Origin: Verrucomicrobiales bacterium
GTDB taxonomy: Bacteria > Verrucomicrobiota > Verrucomicrobiia > Verrucomicrobiales > V1-33
NCBI GenBank assembly: GCA_031411295.1
Contig: JANOAV010000062.1
Location: forward strand, 1-42,708
DNA length: 42,708 bases
Reading direction: 5' to 3'
Below the pieces are notes generated by a model. It saw only the letters and a program-made list of their open reading frames with translations, was not told where the DNA came from and made no database searches. Below are positions 17,953-27,529 of the stretch, in pieces. A program made the position numbers and the translations under genes. How positions within the stretch are numbered: the stretch's first letter is position 1; every line of letters starts with the position of its first letter.

Positions 17953-18948
17953 TCACACCAACGCCCCGCCGCAGGAACTGCCGCTGCCGGCGGTGCAACC
18001 GAAGCAATGATTCGCAGTGCGGATGGGCAGTTCCGTGAACGTTGCGACATCGATTTCCCAGAGTTTAAGCGCTGCTCCAGGTTCGCGTCCATTCAAGGCG
18101 TCGGCTGGCGGCAGAGGCATTTCCAACATTTGATTGAAGTCGCAATCATAGACCTCTCCCTGCCAGCTAACATTAATTGTGTTCCGACACATCAATCCGG
18201 CCACGGTGCCGGGGTTAAAGGCGTTTTGCAGTAGAATCTGATAGTCAGCCAACTGGTTGTGGCGCTTCAGGTAGGAAGCAAAACGCGCAATGGGCATGTT
18301 CGTGATCGTAAATAGTTGATTGAACTCAATGCCAAAATTCTCGCGCATCGCCTCCTTATAGTCCGTCTCGAGTTCTGCCTGAGCCCCCGGCAGGAAAGCC
18401 CCGTTCGGATTGTAAACGAAATGCAGCGGGAGTTCGGCCCGACGTCCGTATCCCAAGGCGTTCAATTTCTGAAACGCCGCAATGCTACGATCAAACACGC
18501 CATCGCCCCGCTGAGCGTTGACATTCGCTGGCTCGTAACAAGGCATGGAGGCAATGATTTCGATCTCATTTTCTGCGAGGAATTCCGCCACCCATTCGTA
18601 GCCGGGTTCGCTGAGAATCGTGGCGTTGAGGCGATCCATAATTTTGCGGGGTTGGGAAAATTTCCGCACCGTTTTCACCAGGCGACGGAAGTCCGGCACC
18701 ATTTCGGGAGAACCGCCCGTGAGATCCAGCGTCGGCAAATCTGAGCGCTCGAACCACTCCAGCACGCGGTCGATCGTCTCGCTGGTGATTATTTCCTTCC
18801 GCTGCGGCCCCGCGTTCACATGGCAATGGGCGCAGGTGAGATTGCAGAGTTTCCCGACATTGAGTTGGAGAATTTCCGGGCGCAGACGGGTCAGGGTCGT
18901 GCCGTGCCGCGAGAGCGCAGCCGTAAAATCATTGGTGGGAGCAACCAT
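17953..18948 (-). CDS. arsS: ArsS-family (DUF3641) radical SAM protein
   Basis: LQLNVGKLCNLTCAHCHVNAGP (CxxxCxxC); DLTGGSPE; YDCDFNQM; C-terminal HCFGCTAGSGSSCGG. Confidence 0.88.
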   Translation of the reverse strand: MVAPTNDFTAALSRHGTTLTRLRPEILQLNVGKLCNLTCAHCHVNAGPQRKEIITSETIDRVLEWFERSDLPTLDLTGGSPEMVPDFRRLVKTVRKFSQPRKIMDRLNATILSEPGYEWVAEFLAENEIEIIASMPCYEPANVNAQRGDGVFDRSIAAFQKLNALGYGRRAELPLHFVYNPNGAFLPGAQAELETDYKEAMRENFGIEFNQLFTITNMPIARFASYLKRHNQLADYQILLQNAFNPGTVAGLMCRNTINVSWQGEVYDCDFNQMLEMPLPPADALNGREPGAALKLWEIDVATFTELPIRTANHCFGCTAGSGSSCGGALV

Positions 18949-18958
18949 CCTCGCGTGG

Positions 18959-19732
18959 TTAGCTCAACATTTCAGACAACGCGGACTTCCGGTAATCGCG
19001 ATTCAGATTCCGGATGTAATCTTCGCTGATGGATTTCGGACAGACCGCAGCGCACTCATATTGGTTGGTGCAGTTGCCGAACCCTTCGGCATCCATTTGC
19101 CGGACCATGGACAAGGTGCGACGTTCCGCTTCAGGCTTGCCCTGGGGCAGGATATTGAAGTGATTCACCTTGGCCGCCACAAAGAGCATGGCGCTGCTAT
19201 TTTTACAAGCAGCCACACAAGCGCCACATCCGATGCAGGCCGCCGCCGCAAAGGCTTCGTCGGCGTCATCCTTGGGCACTGGCACGGAATTCGCTTCAGG
19301 CGCAGAGCCCGTGCGCACCGAGATGAAGCCACCCGCCTGGGTGATGCGGTCAAACGCACTCCGATCCACTGCCAAGTCGCGCAACACCGGAAAAGCCTTG
19401 CTGCGGAACGGTTCGATCCAAATGGTATCGCCTTCCTTGAAGCTCCGCATATGGAGTTGGCATGTAGTCACGCCCGCCTTGGGTCCGTGTGGCATCCCGT
19501 TGATGACCAAGCTGCACATGCCACAAATCCCCTCGCGACAATCGTGATCGAAATGCACCGGCTCCCCACCGCCGACAATGATTTCCTCATTCACGATGTC
19601 CAGCATTTCCAGGAAGGAAGCCGTTTCGGGAATGTTCTTGGCCTGATACGTTTCAAAACGTCCAGAGGCATTAGTAGAAGCCTGACGCCAGACGCGCAGG
19701 ATGAGATTGAGAGTTTTGGAGTGAGTAGCCAT
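18959..19732 (-). CDS. sdhB: Succinate dehydrogenase/fumarate reductase iron-sulfur subunit
   Basis: [40 protein letters not shown]; start trimmed to MATHSK. Confidence 0.93.
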   Translation of the reverse strand: MATHSKTLNLILRVWRQASTNASGRFETYQAKNIPETASFLEMLDIVNEEIIVGGGEPVHFDHDCREGICGMCSLVINGMPHGPKAGVTTCQLHMRSFKEGDTIWIEPFRSKAFPVLRDLAVDRSAFDRITQAGGFISVRTGSAPEANSVPVPKDDADEAFAAAACIGCGACVAACKNSSAMLFVAAKVNHFNILPQGKPEAERRTLSMVRQMDAEGFGNCTNQYECAAVCPKSISEDYIRNLNRDYRKSALSEMLS

Positions 19733-19843
19733 CGCAGTAGGAGTATGCCTTACAGAACAAACGAGCCGATTCAAGGGCGAGAGGCAAGGATTTTCACGGA
19801 GGATGACGGAAATTTTTCGGTGAGTCGTGGGATGGGACCATGA

Positions 19844-19946
19844 GTTGGAGTTCCGTCCTTTAGGCGTCTTTAGGCGGAGCAACCCGCAGTGGGGTGGCGA
19901 ATCACGGGGCTTGGCGTGTTGCACCGCTTGCAAGCGGAACCCCAAC
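19844..19946. repeat. REP doublet (TTGGAGTTCCG type)
   Basis: GTTGGAGTTCCGTCCTTTAGGCG ... CCGCTTGCAAGCGGAACCCCAAC. Confidence 0.6.
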
Positions 19947-20054
19947 GGGTGTTCCATCAGACGCAAGTTTCGTGGTCTCTTCCTCCAAGTAGCTGCATTT
20001 GAAACGCCGCTCCAAACCAGTTGATCCGCACGCAGGGCAGACGAAAGCTCCCGC

Positions 20055-20606
20055 ATGAAAACCATAGCTCTACTATTGCTAGTCTTGTGCCTGGCCTCCT
20101 GCGGTCACACCAGAGGAACGCGCGTTTCCACGATTCAAGGCGAAGCGGTGGATGAGCCATGGTTGCTGATGGTGGGGGGAGATGCCGTTTCCGCAAAAGT
20201 AATCGGCTGCCATGATGGCGATACCATCAAGGTCCTGCTGCGCGGCAAACCAACATCGATTCGGCTGGAAGGAATCGACGCCCCGGAACTCGGGCAACCC
20301 TACGGGCGTAATTCCCGAGAGGCGCTGGCTTCGATGGTGTTAGGGCGAGAGGTTGTGATCCGGAAATCCAGAACTCCCGACCGTTACGGCCGCACCATCG
20401 GCCGAGTCTTCATCCTTCCCAGCATCAGCGGCATGACTGCCGAGGTGAACCTCAAGATGATTCGCCAAGGGCTTGCCTGGTATTTCTTAGCTGGCCACAA
20501 GGACATGGAATTGGCAGAGGCAGAACAAGATGCCAGGACCGCCAGAATAGGACTCTGGGCGGACCGCAGGCCTACTCCACCCTGGGTCTGGCGGAAAATC
20601 AAAAGG

Positions 20607-20609
<3 letters not shown>
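20055..20609 (+). CDS. Thermonuclease (SNase-like) lipoprotein
   Basis: Lipobox [42 protein letters not shown]. Confidence 0.92.
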
Positions 20610-20679
<70 letters not shown>

Positions 20680-20790
20680 GGAATAGGGGTGATCTAGAGG
20701 AACATTTCCCAGAAGGCAAAGACTAAAATTCCCGAGTGGACAGAAAGGGCCGACTCTGTTTCTTATACAGCACTACGCTTTTTCCAAAAC

Positions 20791-21834
20791 ATGAAATCTT
20801 CCCCACTCCGCACCTCCGTCATTGGCAGCTACCCTTTTCCTGGTTGGCTGGAACATGCCTGTCAGCATATGGAGGCCTTTGGTTCGGCGGATCGGGCGGA
20901 AATGCAGGATGACGCGGTGGTGGCGGCGGTGCATGATCAGATGATGGCGGGCTTGGATGTCATCACGGATGGCGAGCAAACGCGCTTTGATTTCAATCTG
21001 TCATTCTATGGTCACCTCTTCGGCTTGGAAATGGAATCCGCTTCGCCCCGACGTTTCGGGCCGCCGGCTCACGATCAGCGGGGGAAACATCTCGTGGTGG
21101 GAGAGTTGGCAAACACGAAAGGACTGGGCGTGGTGGAAGAATTCAAACGCCTGCAACGTCTGGCTCCCGCAAGTCCCAATGGTCCCACGCTCAAGGCCAG
21201 CGTGCCTGGCCCTTACACGCTCAGTGGGCGACTGCTGCCGAACGCACAATATCCCACCCGGTGGGAGCTCACGGAAGCGCTCCTGCCGCTGGTGCGACGC
21301 GAGTTAGAGGAACTAGTGGCCGCAGGGTGCCAGGAAATTTGCGTGGATGAGCCGTCCATGAGTTGCTACGCTTACAAAGAAGACACCGCGCGTTTCGTGG
21401 CTATTTTCAACCGCACCGTGGAATCGGTCGTCGGCAAAGTGCGCCTCGCCACGCACCTGTGCTTCGGCAACTACAAAGGCCGAGCCGTGGGCCCCCGTCG
21501 TATCGCCCCCATGTTCCCGGCGTTTCTTGATTTCAAAGTGGATGAACTGCACGTGGAAATGGCTAGTCGGGAATTTGCGGAGATCGAACTCATCAAACCC
21601 ATCGCTGAACGGATGGACGTGGCCGTGGGCATCGTGGATGTGAAGAGCTACTACATCGAAACCCCGGAAGACATTGCCGCCCGCGCCAAACTTTGCCTCC
21701 AATACGCCCCGGCGGATCGGCTCATACTCGCCCCCGACTGCGGCCTCAGCCAAACCGCCCGCTGGGCGGCCAAGCAGAAGCTGCAGAACATGGTGGCTGG
21801 AGTGAAGATGGTGCGGAAGGAGTTGGGGTTCTAG
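20791..21834 (+). CDS. Cobalamin-independent methionine synthase II family (single-barrel MetE-like) protein
   Basis: IGSYP, GLDVITDGE, PGPYT, DEP, Zn ligands HLC..E..PDCG. Confidence 0.88.
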   Translation: MKSSPLRTSVIGSYPFPGWLEHACQHMEAFGSADRAEMQDDAVVAAVHDQMMAGLDVITDGEQTRFDFNLSFYGHLFGLEMESASPRRFGPPAHDQRGKHLVVGELANTKGLGVVEEFKRLQRLAPASPNGPTLKASVPGPYTLSGRLLPNAQYPTRWELTEALLPLVRRELEELVAAGCQEICVDEPSMSCYAYKEDTARFVAIFNRTVESVVGKVRLATHLCFGNYKGRAVGPRRIAPMFPAFLDFKVDELHVEMASREFAEIELIKPIAERMDVAVGIVDVKSYYIETPEDIAARAKLCLQYAPADRLILAPDCGLSQTARWAAKQKLQNMVAGVKMVRKELGF

Positions 21835-21861
21835 AACAGCAGGGAAACGATTCTACCCACC

Positions 21862-22713
21862 GTGATTAAGCCCATCCTCCATGACGAAGATTTCCTAGCC
21901 GACGTGCAGGCCATGCGCCACGCGGCGGAGGCGTTGCATGTGTGGTGGCTGGGGCAGAGTGGGTTTCTGGTGCAGTGGCGCGGGCAGCATTTGTTGTTTG
22001 ATCCTTATCTCTCGGATTCACTGACGCAGAAGTATGCCTCCACGGATAAGCCTCACGTGCGGATGACGGAGCGGGTGGTGGCACCGGGAGAGCTTGATTT
22101 CATTGATGTGGCGACGTCGTCGCACAATCACACGGATCATCTGGATGCGGAGACCCTGGGGCCGCTGTTTCATGCTTCGCCAGGAATGCGGTTGGTGGCT
22201 CCCTCCGCGAATCGGGCGTTTGTGGCGCAGCGTTTGGGGCGGGAGTTGGATGATCCGGCCATCGTGGATTTGGATGATGGCACGGAGTTGGTGCTGGGAA
22301 ATTTTACCATCACTGGATTGCCTGCGGCCCATGAGACCATTGAGCAGGACGAGCTGGGGAGGCATCGCTATCTGGGCTTCCTGGTGCAGGTGGGGCCGTG
22401 GACGCTGTATCATTCAGGCGATACGATTGAGTATCCGAGCCTGGCGGAACGATTGGCGGAGGCCAGAGTGGATCTTGCTTTCCTGCCGATTAATGGTCGG
22501 GCTCCGGAGCGTCGGGTGTCAGGAAATCTGGATGGACCCGAAGCCGCGCGCTTGGCGAAGGCGGCGGGAATCAAGTTGGTGGTGCCGTGCCACTACGAAA
22601 TGTTTGAATTTAACACGGCCTCGCCTGCGGCCTTCGTGGCTGAATGCGAGCGATTGCATCAACCGTATCGTGTTCTGCGTGCAGGAGAACGACTCACCCT
22701 AACGCCGCCATGA
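21862..22713 (+). CDS. MBL-fold metallo-hydrolase (UlaG-like)
   Basis: WWLGQSGF, DPYLS, SHNHTDHLD, YHSGDT, LPING, PCHY. Confidence 0.88.
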   Translation: MIKPILHDEDFLADVQAMRHAAEALHVWWLGQSGFLVQWRGQHLLFDPYLSDSLTQKYASTDKPHVRMTERVVAPGELDFIDVATSSHNHTDHLDAETLGPLFHASPGMRLVAPSANRAFVAQRLGRELDDPAIVDLDDGTELVLGNFTITGLPAAHETIEQDELGRHRYLGFLVQVGPWTLYHSGDTIEYPSLAERLAEARVDLAFLPINGRAPERRVSGNLDGPEAARLAKAAGIKLVVPCHYEMFEFNTASPAAFVAECERLHQPYRVLRAGERLTLTPP

Positions 22714-23783
22714 AACGACCTTGGAAAATTGCTGGCATCAATTTCGATCACATGCACATGGGCGATCTGCTGCGCCAAGTGCATGAGCATCCTAACGCGG
22801 AAATCGTCGGCATTGCGGATGCGCAACGTTCGCGCATGGCGGACACGATCCGAAATTTCAATCTGCCTCCGGAACGGGTCTTCGCTGACTTCCGCCGCTG
22901 CTTGACGGAAACGAAACCGGATCTGGTCATCCTCTGTCCCGCCACCGCCGAACATGCGAAGTGGACGAAGTTAGTCGCCCCGTATCGCACACATATTCTG
23001 ATGGAGAAACCCTTCGCGAGCACGCTGGCGGAAGCGGATGCCATGATCGCAGCGATGGCGGCTACGAAGAAACAATTGGTCATCAATTGGCCCCTGCGAT
23101 GGTATCCGTCGCATGTGACCGCGAAACGACTGATTGATGAAAAGCGGATCGGAAAAGTGCTCGAGGTGCATTTCTATGATGGCAATCGGGGGCCACTCTG
23201 GCATGCGGCGGACAAGGTGGAAACGACGCCCACGGCCAAACGCAAGGCGGCCAGTTGGTTTTACCATAAGTCGGCCGGCGGCGGATCGCTGTTGGATTAT
23301 CTGGGCTATGGCACCACGTTAGGAACTTGGTTCATGGACGGTCGCGCTCCGCTGGAAGTGACCGCCGTGGTAGATCAACCGACGGGCTTGGAAGTGGATG
23401 AACACAGCATTGTGGTGGCCCGTTATGAAACAGGGTTATCCAAGTTTGAGACCCGCTGGGGCACGTTTACCGATCCTTGGAAACTTCAGCCGCAGCCGAA
23501 ATGTGGTTTCGTGATCGTGGGCACCAAAGGCACTATTTCCAGCTATGATTTCGAGCCGACGGTGCGGGTGCAGACGGAAGGGAATCCTGCGGGCGAGGAG
23601 TTGCCAGTGGATGGGCTGGAAGCTCCGTTTCATAATCCGGTGGCCTATGTGCTGCATTGTTTGGAGTCCGGCAAGAAGGTGGACGGCCCGCTCTCACCGA
23701 AGCTGGCGCGGATCGGCCAGCAGATGGTGGATAGCGCGGTGCTGAGTGCACGACTGCGCAGAACGGTGGCGTTAGTCAACTAA
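22710..23783 (+). CDS. Gfo/Idh/MocA family oxidoreductase
   Basis: LMEKPFA, GGGSLLDYLGYG; ATGA overlap with the upstream stop. Confidence 0.88.
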   Translation: MKRPWKIAGINFDHMHMGDLLRQVHEHPNAEIVGIADAQRSRMADTIRNFNLPPERVFADFRRCLTETKPDLVILCPATAEHAKWTKLVAPYRTHILMEKPFASTLAEADAMIAAMAATKKQLVINWPLRWYPSHVTAKRLIDEKRIGKVLEVHFYDGNRGPLWHAADKVETTPTAKRKAASWFYHKSAGGGSLLDYLGYGTTLGTWFMDGRAPLEVTAVVDQPTGLEVDEHSIVVARYETGLSKFETRWGTFTDPWKLQPQPKCGFVIVGTKGTISSYDFEPTVRVQTEGNPAGEELPVDGLEAPFHNPVAYVLHCLESGKKVDGPLSPKLARIGQQMVDSAVLSARLRRTVALVN

Positions 23784-23803
23784 ACGCCGCCGGTGGCTCC
23801 TGG

Positions 23804-23966
23804 ATAGGGGTAGGGACAGCGCATTGGATTGCGCTGCCCCTCCCTCAGAACCTGACTGGCGGATCTCCCGCATCCGGCTCTCCAGTTAGGAGTCGGCTGC
23901 TTGACGCAGGCGCTTCATGTCTTGGGCTTGGGCTGTGGCCAGACTGTAGAGCCCTTCTCGGGCCAC
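23804..23966 (-). mobile_element. Group II intron 3' remnant (end of intron ORF + domain V + domain VI)
   Basis: Minus strand: ...GLYSLATAQ...stop, then GAGCCGGATGCGGGAGATCCGCCAGTCAGGTTC (DV, AGC triad), then GAGGGAGGGGCAGCGC..GCGCTGTCCCTACCCCTAT (DVI, bulged A, AY end). Confidence 0.85.
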
Positions 23967-23996
23967 AAAAAAGCAGCAGGGGTTGCCCCCTGCTGC
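23967..23996 (-). terminator. Intrinsic terminator of the LysM gene
   Basis: GCAGCAGGGG-GCAA-CCCCTGCTGC followed by T6 on the minus strand. Confidence 0.85.
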
Positions 23997-24026
23997 CACG
24001 ATGTTAACTAACCAGAGAATGTTGGC

Positions 24027-24515
24027 TTATCTTACCCGCAAGGACTGACCATCACGGATCGTGGTGGATTTAAGACCATTGAGTTGCATCAGCTTGGAAA
24101 CGGTAGTTCCGTTATTCCGGCTAATACTGGAAAGCGTGTCGCCCCGTTTGACGGTGTAGGAGCCGCCCTTGGTGGCCCCCTTGGGAGCGGCGGTCTTCTT
24201 GCTTGGGGCCGCGCTCTGAGCAGCTCCACCGTTGCTCCAGTCTTCCTGTGGAGGATTGTAATTTTGTGGAGGGGCCCCGTTTGCCGGTGTCACTTGGGCT
24301 TGTTCCCCAGCCGTGCTGTAGTTGGGGTAGGCGTAATTCTGATTAGCCCCGGCTGGCGGATAGGTGGCATTTCCAGGATACTGCTGGTATTGCCCAGTCG
24401 CAGCCGCTGCGTAGGGATCAGCATTGGCGGGGGTCTTGTTCCAAGGCCATTGGAAACTCTGACACGAACTACAGGTCAGCGTGCAGAGGAGGGCGAAGAG
24501 GAGGGAAGGCTTCAT
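24027..24515 (-). CDS. LysM peptidoglycan-binding domain protein, probable lipoprotein
   Basis: Signal ending CSSC; C-terminal YTVKRGDTLSSIS...LMQLNGLKSTTIRDGQSLRV. Confidence 0.92.
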   Translation of the reverse strand: MKPSLLFALLCTLTCSSCQSFQWPWNKTPANADPYAAAATGQYQQYPGNATYPPAGANQNYAYPNYSTAGEQAQVTPANGAPPQNYNPPQEDWSNGGAAQSAAPSKKTAAPKGATKGGSYTVKRGDTLSSISRNNGTTVSKLMQLNGLKSTTIRDGQSLRVR

Positions 24516-24604
24516 AATTTAATTAAGTTTCCTTAAATACTAACGCCGATTGCGGTTTCTATCAAGGAAATTTCAATTTTTGTGAAATCGACACGTCTGG
24601 GGGG

Positions 24605-24650
24605 TTGACGAGCGGCGTAATTTAGGGAACATATCAACATATCTTGATGC
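24605..24650 (+). promoter_or_regulatory. ahcY promoter region with SahR-like palindromic operator
   Basis: TTGACG at 24605; ATATCAACATATCTTGATGC (ATCAA-N6-TTGAT) at 24631-24650, over the expected -10/start region. Confidence 0.6.
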
Positions 24651-24691
24651 GTTGTTACGTTCTAAGTCCAAACCATCTACCCAATCCACCC

Positions 24692-26122
24692 ATGTCCACC
24701 ACCCACACCAATCCAAACGTGATTCCTTATAAAGTAGCCGATATCTCCCTGGCCGAATGGGGTCGCAAGACCCTGACCATCGCTGAGCAGGAAATGCCCG
24801 GCCTGATGTCCCTCCGTAAAAAATACGGCATCGAGAAGCCCCTCAAAGGCGTCCGCGTGACCGGCTCCCTGCACATGACCATCGAAACCGCTGTCCTCAT
24901 CGAGACGATGGTGGAACTCGGAGCCAACGTCCGTTGGGCCTCGTGCAACATTTTCTCCACCCAAGACCACGCCGCCGCCGCCATCGCAGCGACCGGAGTG
25001 CCTGTCTTCGCTTGGAAGGGCGAGACCCTCGAAGAATACTGGGACTGCACCTGGCTGGCCATCCGTCACGTGGACGGAGCCGGTCCCCAGCTCATCATCG
25101 ATGACGGTGGCGATGCCACCCTCTTCATCCACAAAGGCTACGAACTCGAAAACGGCAGCGATTGGGTGAACACCGCCAGCGGCAACCACGAAGAGCAAGT
25201 CATCAAAAACCTCCTCAAGAAAGTTCACGCCGAAGAGCCCGGCATCTTCCACGAAATCGTGAAAGACTGGAAGGGCGTTTCCGAAGAAACGACCACCGGC
25301 GTGCACCGCCTCTATCAAATGATGGAAGCCGGCCAACTCCTCGTCCCTGCCATCAACGTGAACGACTCCGTCACCAAATCCAAGTTCGACAACCTCTACG
25401 GCTGCCGTGAATCCTGTGCCGACGGCCTCAAGCGTGCCACGGACGTGATGATCGCTGGTAAAGTGGCCTGCGTTTGCGGCTATGGCGATGTCGGCAAAGG
25501 CTCCGCGCACAGCCTCCGTGGCTTTGGCGCCCGCGTCATCGTGACCGAAGTTGACCCCATCAACGCACTCCAAGCCGCCATGGAAGGCTTCGAAGTGAAG
25601 ACTGTGGAAGACACCCTCGGCACCGCCGATATCTATGTCACCACGACCGGCAACAAAGACGTCATCACGCTGGAGCACATGCTCAACATGAAAGACCAAG
25701 CCATCGTGTGTAACATTGGTCACTTCGACAACGAAATCCAAGTCGAGCGCCTCAACAACGCCAAGGGTGTCCTCAAAACCAACATCAAACCACAATTTGA
25801 TCGTTACGACGTCCCCGGTGACCGCGCCATCTTCATGCTGGCCGAGGGTCGCTTGATGAACCTCGGTTGCGCCACCGGCCACCCGGCCTTCGTCATGAGC
25901 GCCAGCTTCACCAACCAAGCCCTCGCTCAGATCGAACTCTGGAACAACCGCGCCAACGCCAAGCCAGAAGTCACCCGCCTTCCTAAGCACCTCGACGAAG
26001 AAGTCGCCCGCCTCCACTTGGAAAAGATCGGCGTGAAACTCACCGTCCTCAGCAAAGAGCAAGCCGAATACCTCGGCGTGCCCGTGAACGGCCCATACAA
26101 GGCTGATCACTATCGTTACTAA
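24692..26122 (+). CDS. ahcY: Adenosylhomocysteinase
   Basis: [62 protein letters not shown]. Confidence 0.98.
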   Translation: MSTTHTNPNVIPYKVADISLAEWGRKTLTIAEQEMPGLMSLRKKYGIEKPLKGVRVTGSLHMTIETAVLIETMVELGANVRWASCNIFSTQDHAAAAIAATGVPVFAWKGETLEEYWDCTWLAIRHVDGAGPQLIIDDGGDATLFIHKGYELENGSDWVNTASGNHEEQVIKNLLKKVHAEEPGIFHEIVKDWKGVSEETTTGVHRLYQMMEAGQLLVPAINVNDSVTKSKFDNLYGCRESCADGLKRATDVMIAGKVACVCGYGDVGKGSAHSLRGFGARVIVTEVDPINALQAAMEGFEVKTVEDTLGTADIYVTTTGNKDVITLEHMLNMKDQAIVCNIGHFDNEIQVERLNNAKGVLKTNIKPQFDRYDVPGDRAIFMLAEGRLMNLGCATGHPAFVMSASFTNQALAQIELWNNRANAKPEVTRLPKHLDEEVARLHLEKIGVKLTVLSKEQAEYLGVPVNGPYKADHYRY

Positions 26123-26264
26123 ACGTGGCATGGGCGTCCCGCCCATCAGACCCAGCATCAGTCCAGAAAGTGGCGACCCAGCAACGGGTCGCCACTTTTC
26201 CATGGCGGGGGCATTCTGCCCTCCACCCCCACCCACCAAAGGAGTCGGGGCAGCTTGCCCCGAC
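25847..26264 (+). repeat. Direct repeat copy 1 (ahcY 3' end + REPs + terminator); copy 2 at 27530-27950
   Basis: Colinear homology through the coding end, GTGGCATGGGCGTCCCGCCCAT REP, terminator, second REP and GGAGTCGGGGCAG. Confidence 0.9.
26167..26198 (+). terminator. Intrinsic (possibly bidirectional) terminator of ahcY; duplicated near 27855-27888
   Basis: AAAGTGGCGACCC-AGCAAC-GGGTCGCCACTTT(T). Confidence 0.8.
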
Positions 26265-26356
26265 GAGGCGGCATGGGTTTCCCTGCCCTTTTCCCGCGCG
26301 TGTCCATCAAAGTCATTTCCATTGACCGAATTAACAATTGTGAGATCATATCAATC

Positions 26357-26578
26357 ATGAGTGCAGCGCAAATCATCCGTGAAATTGAGGCATTACCACC
26401 AGACGAAAAAGACACAGTGGTAAAATTTGCCGTGCTGCTCGGACCACGCCAACCGCTGTCCCCATCGGCTCTCGGAAGTCTAGCCACACAGCTTGCAGGG
26501 GAGCCGGACGATGCGAAGGCCGCCCTACTGACCGAGGAAATCATCACTGGCTTCTACGGCAACCCATCCCATGCCTAA
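26357..26578 (+). CDS. Small antitoxin-like protein
   Basis: MSAAQIIREIEALPPDEKDTVVKF addiction-module-like N-terminus; overlaps the next ORF by 8 nt. Confidence 0.65.
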   Translation: MSAAQIIREIEALPPDEKDTVVKFAVLLGPRQPLSPSALGSLATQLAGEPDDAKAALLTEEIITGFYGNPSHA

Positions 26579-26816
26579 AGTTCTCCGGGCCGAACTTCCC
26601 CCAGCATTGCTAGCGCACTTACTACTCCGCATCCGCGAGCGCACGCTGTCCCCAGACCAATTAGTGCAATTCTCCCAATAGCTGGACACCTCACCCACCG
26701 TTCCTGGAAGCCGCTGGTATAAGCGTTTTTCAGAAATGACGGTTTGTGGCGAAGGCGAATTAGTCAAAACATTCCTGACGCCAACCCAGGCCCCGATTGG
26801 CATTGAAGTAGTCTAG
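26571..26816 (+). pseudogene. Small toxin-like ORF interrupted by an in-frame TAG at 26679-26681
   Basis: MPKVLRAELPPALLAHLLLRIRERTLSPDQLVQFSQ*LDTSPTVPGSRWYKRFSEMTVCGEGELVKTFLTPTQAPIGIEVV; frame stays open after the stop. Confidence 0.65.
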
Positions 26817-26901
26817 CCCCGCCAGATGATCCGCAAAAAGCATCCGTTCACCAGGTCAGAGCCACTTGCAAATTCACCCTCGCCAGACTAATTTCCGCCA
26901 A

Positions 26902-27090
26902 ATGAGCACGAAATCCATAGAGAAAGAATTAGCAATTCTGAAAACCCGCCTCGCCCTGCTAGAGGCCAAAGCAGGAGCCAAGCCCATGGGTTGGAAAGCT
27001 GCGTATGGAGCACTGAAAGGCCAACCGCTGCATCGCGAAGCCGCTGCTCTGGGGGCAGCGTGGAGGGCTAAGGAAAACAAACGGAAATAA
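26902..27090 (+). CDS. Putative antitoxin (VapB-like position)
   Basis: 62-aa ORF ending 4 nt before the PIN toxin; GW..G...A...G..WR pattern. Confidence 0.7.
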   Translation: MSTKSIEKELAILKTRLALLEAKAGAKPMGWKAAYGALKGQPLHREAAALGAAWRAKENKRK

Positions 27091-27094
27091 CTAG

Positions 27095-27517
27095 ATGTTT
27101 GTCGTCCTAGACACAAATCACTTCACGGAATTTGCCGATGCTTCCGTGTTGGGGAAACGGTTGATGCGAAGGATAACGAAGTGCGATGCAGATGTGTTCA
27201 CCTGCATTGTCACACTTGAGGAAACAAACCGAGGTTGGCTAGCGCTGCTCAGTCGCCACACCCCTGGCCGGGCCCAGTTGAATGCCTATGCCATGTTTCA
27301 ACGAAGCATGGAATGCCTGATCCAACTGCCGATCCTGCCCTTTGATGAGGGGGCTGCAAATCTCTACCACGAACTCAAACGAACCCATCCCAGACTTGGC
27401 ACGATGGACCTGAAGATCGCAGCCATTTGCATCGCTCACGAGGCTATTCTGCTCACGCGTAACCTGAAGGATTTCTCAAAACTCCCAGGGTTACACTCCG
27501 AGAATTGGTTGGACTAA
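27095..27517 (+). CDS. vapC: VapC-family PIN domain toxin
   Basis: VVLDTNH, VTLEE, GTMDLKIAAI, LLTRNLKDF, ENW. Confidence 0.9.
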   Translation: MFVVLDTNHFTEFADASVLGKRLMRRITKCDADVFTCIVTLEETNRGWLALLSRHTPGRAQLNAYAMFQRSMECLIQLPILPFDEGAANLYHELKRTHPRLGTMDLKIAAICIAHEAILLTRNLKDFSKLPGLHSENWLD

Positions 27518-27529
27518 GCTTATGAGCAA

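Noticed and set aside
17953..17975. Selenocysteine in the ArsS C-terminal motif
   Set aside because: The motif reads SSCGG with an ordinary Cys codon; the TGA follows the normal end GGALV
19733..20065. 111-aa N-terminal extension of sdhB in the ORF track
   Set aside because: Runs through a REP doublet and overlaps the divergent nuclease start; homology begins at MATHSK
24540..24691. SAH or SAM riboswitch upstream of ahcY
   Set aside because: Leader after the putative promoter is short and I could not recognise the conserved riboswitch elements; a palindromic operator fits better
24677..26239. 520-aa antisense ORF over ahcY and similar long shadow ORFs (9012-10166, 18620-19843, 38806-40011, 5735-6637)
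   Set aside because: Shadows of strongly GC3-biased real genes; no recognisable motifs
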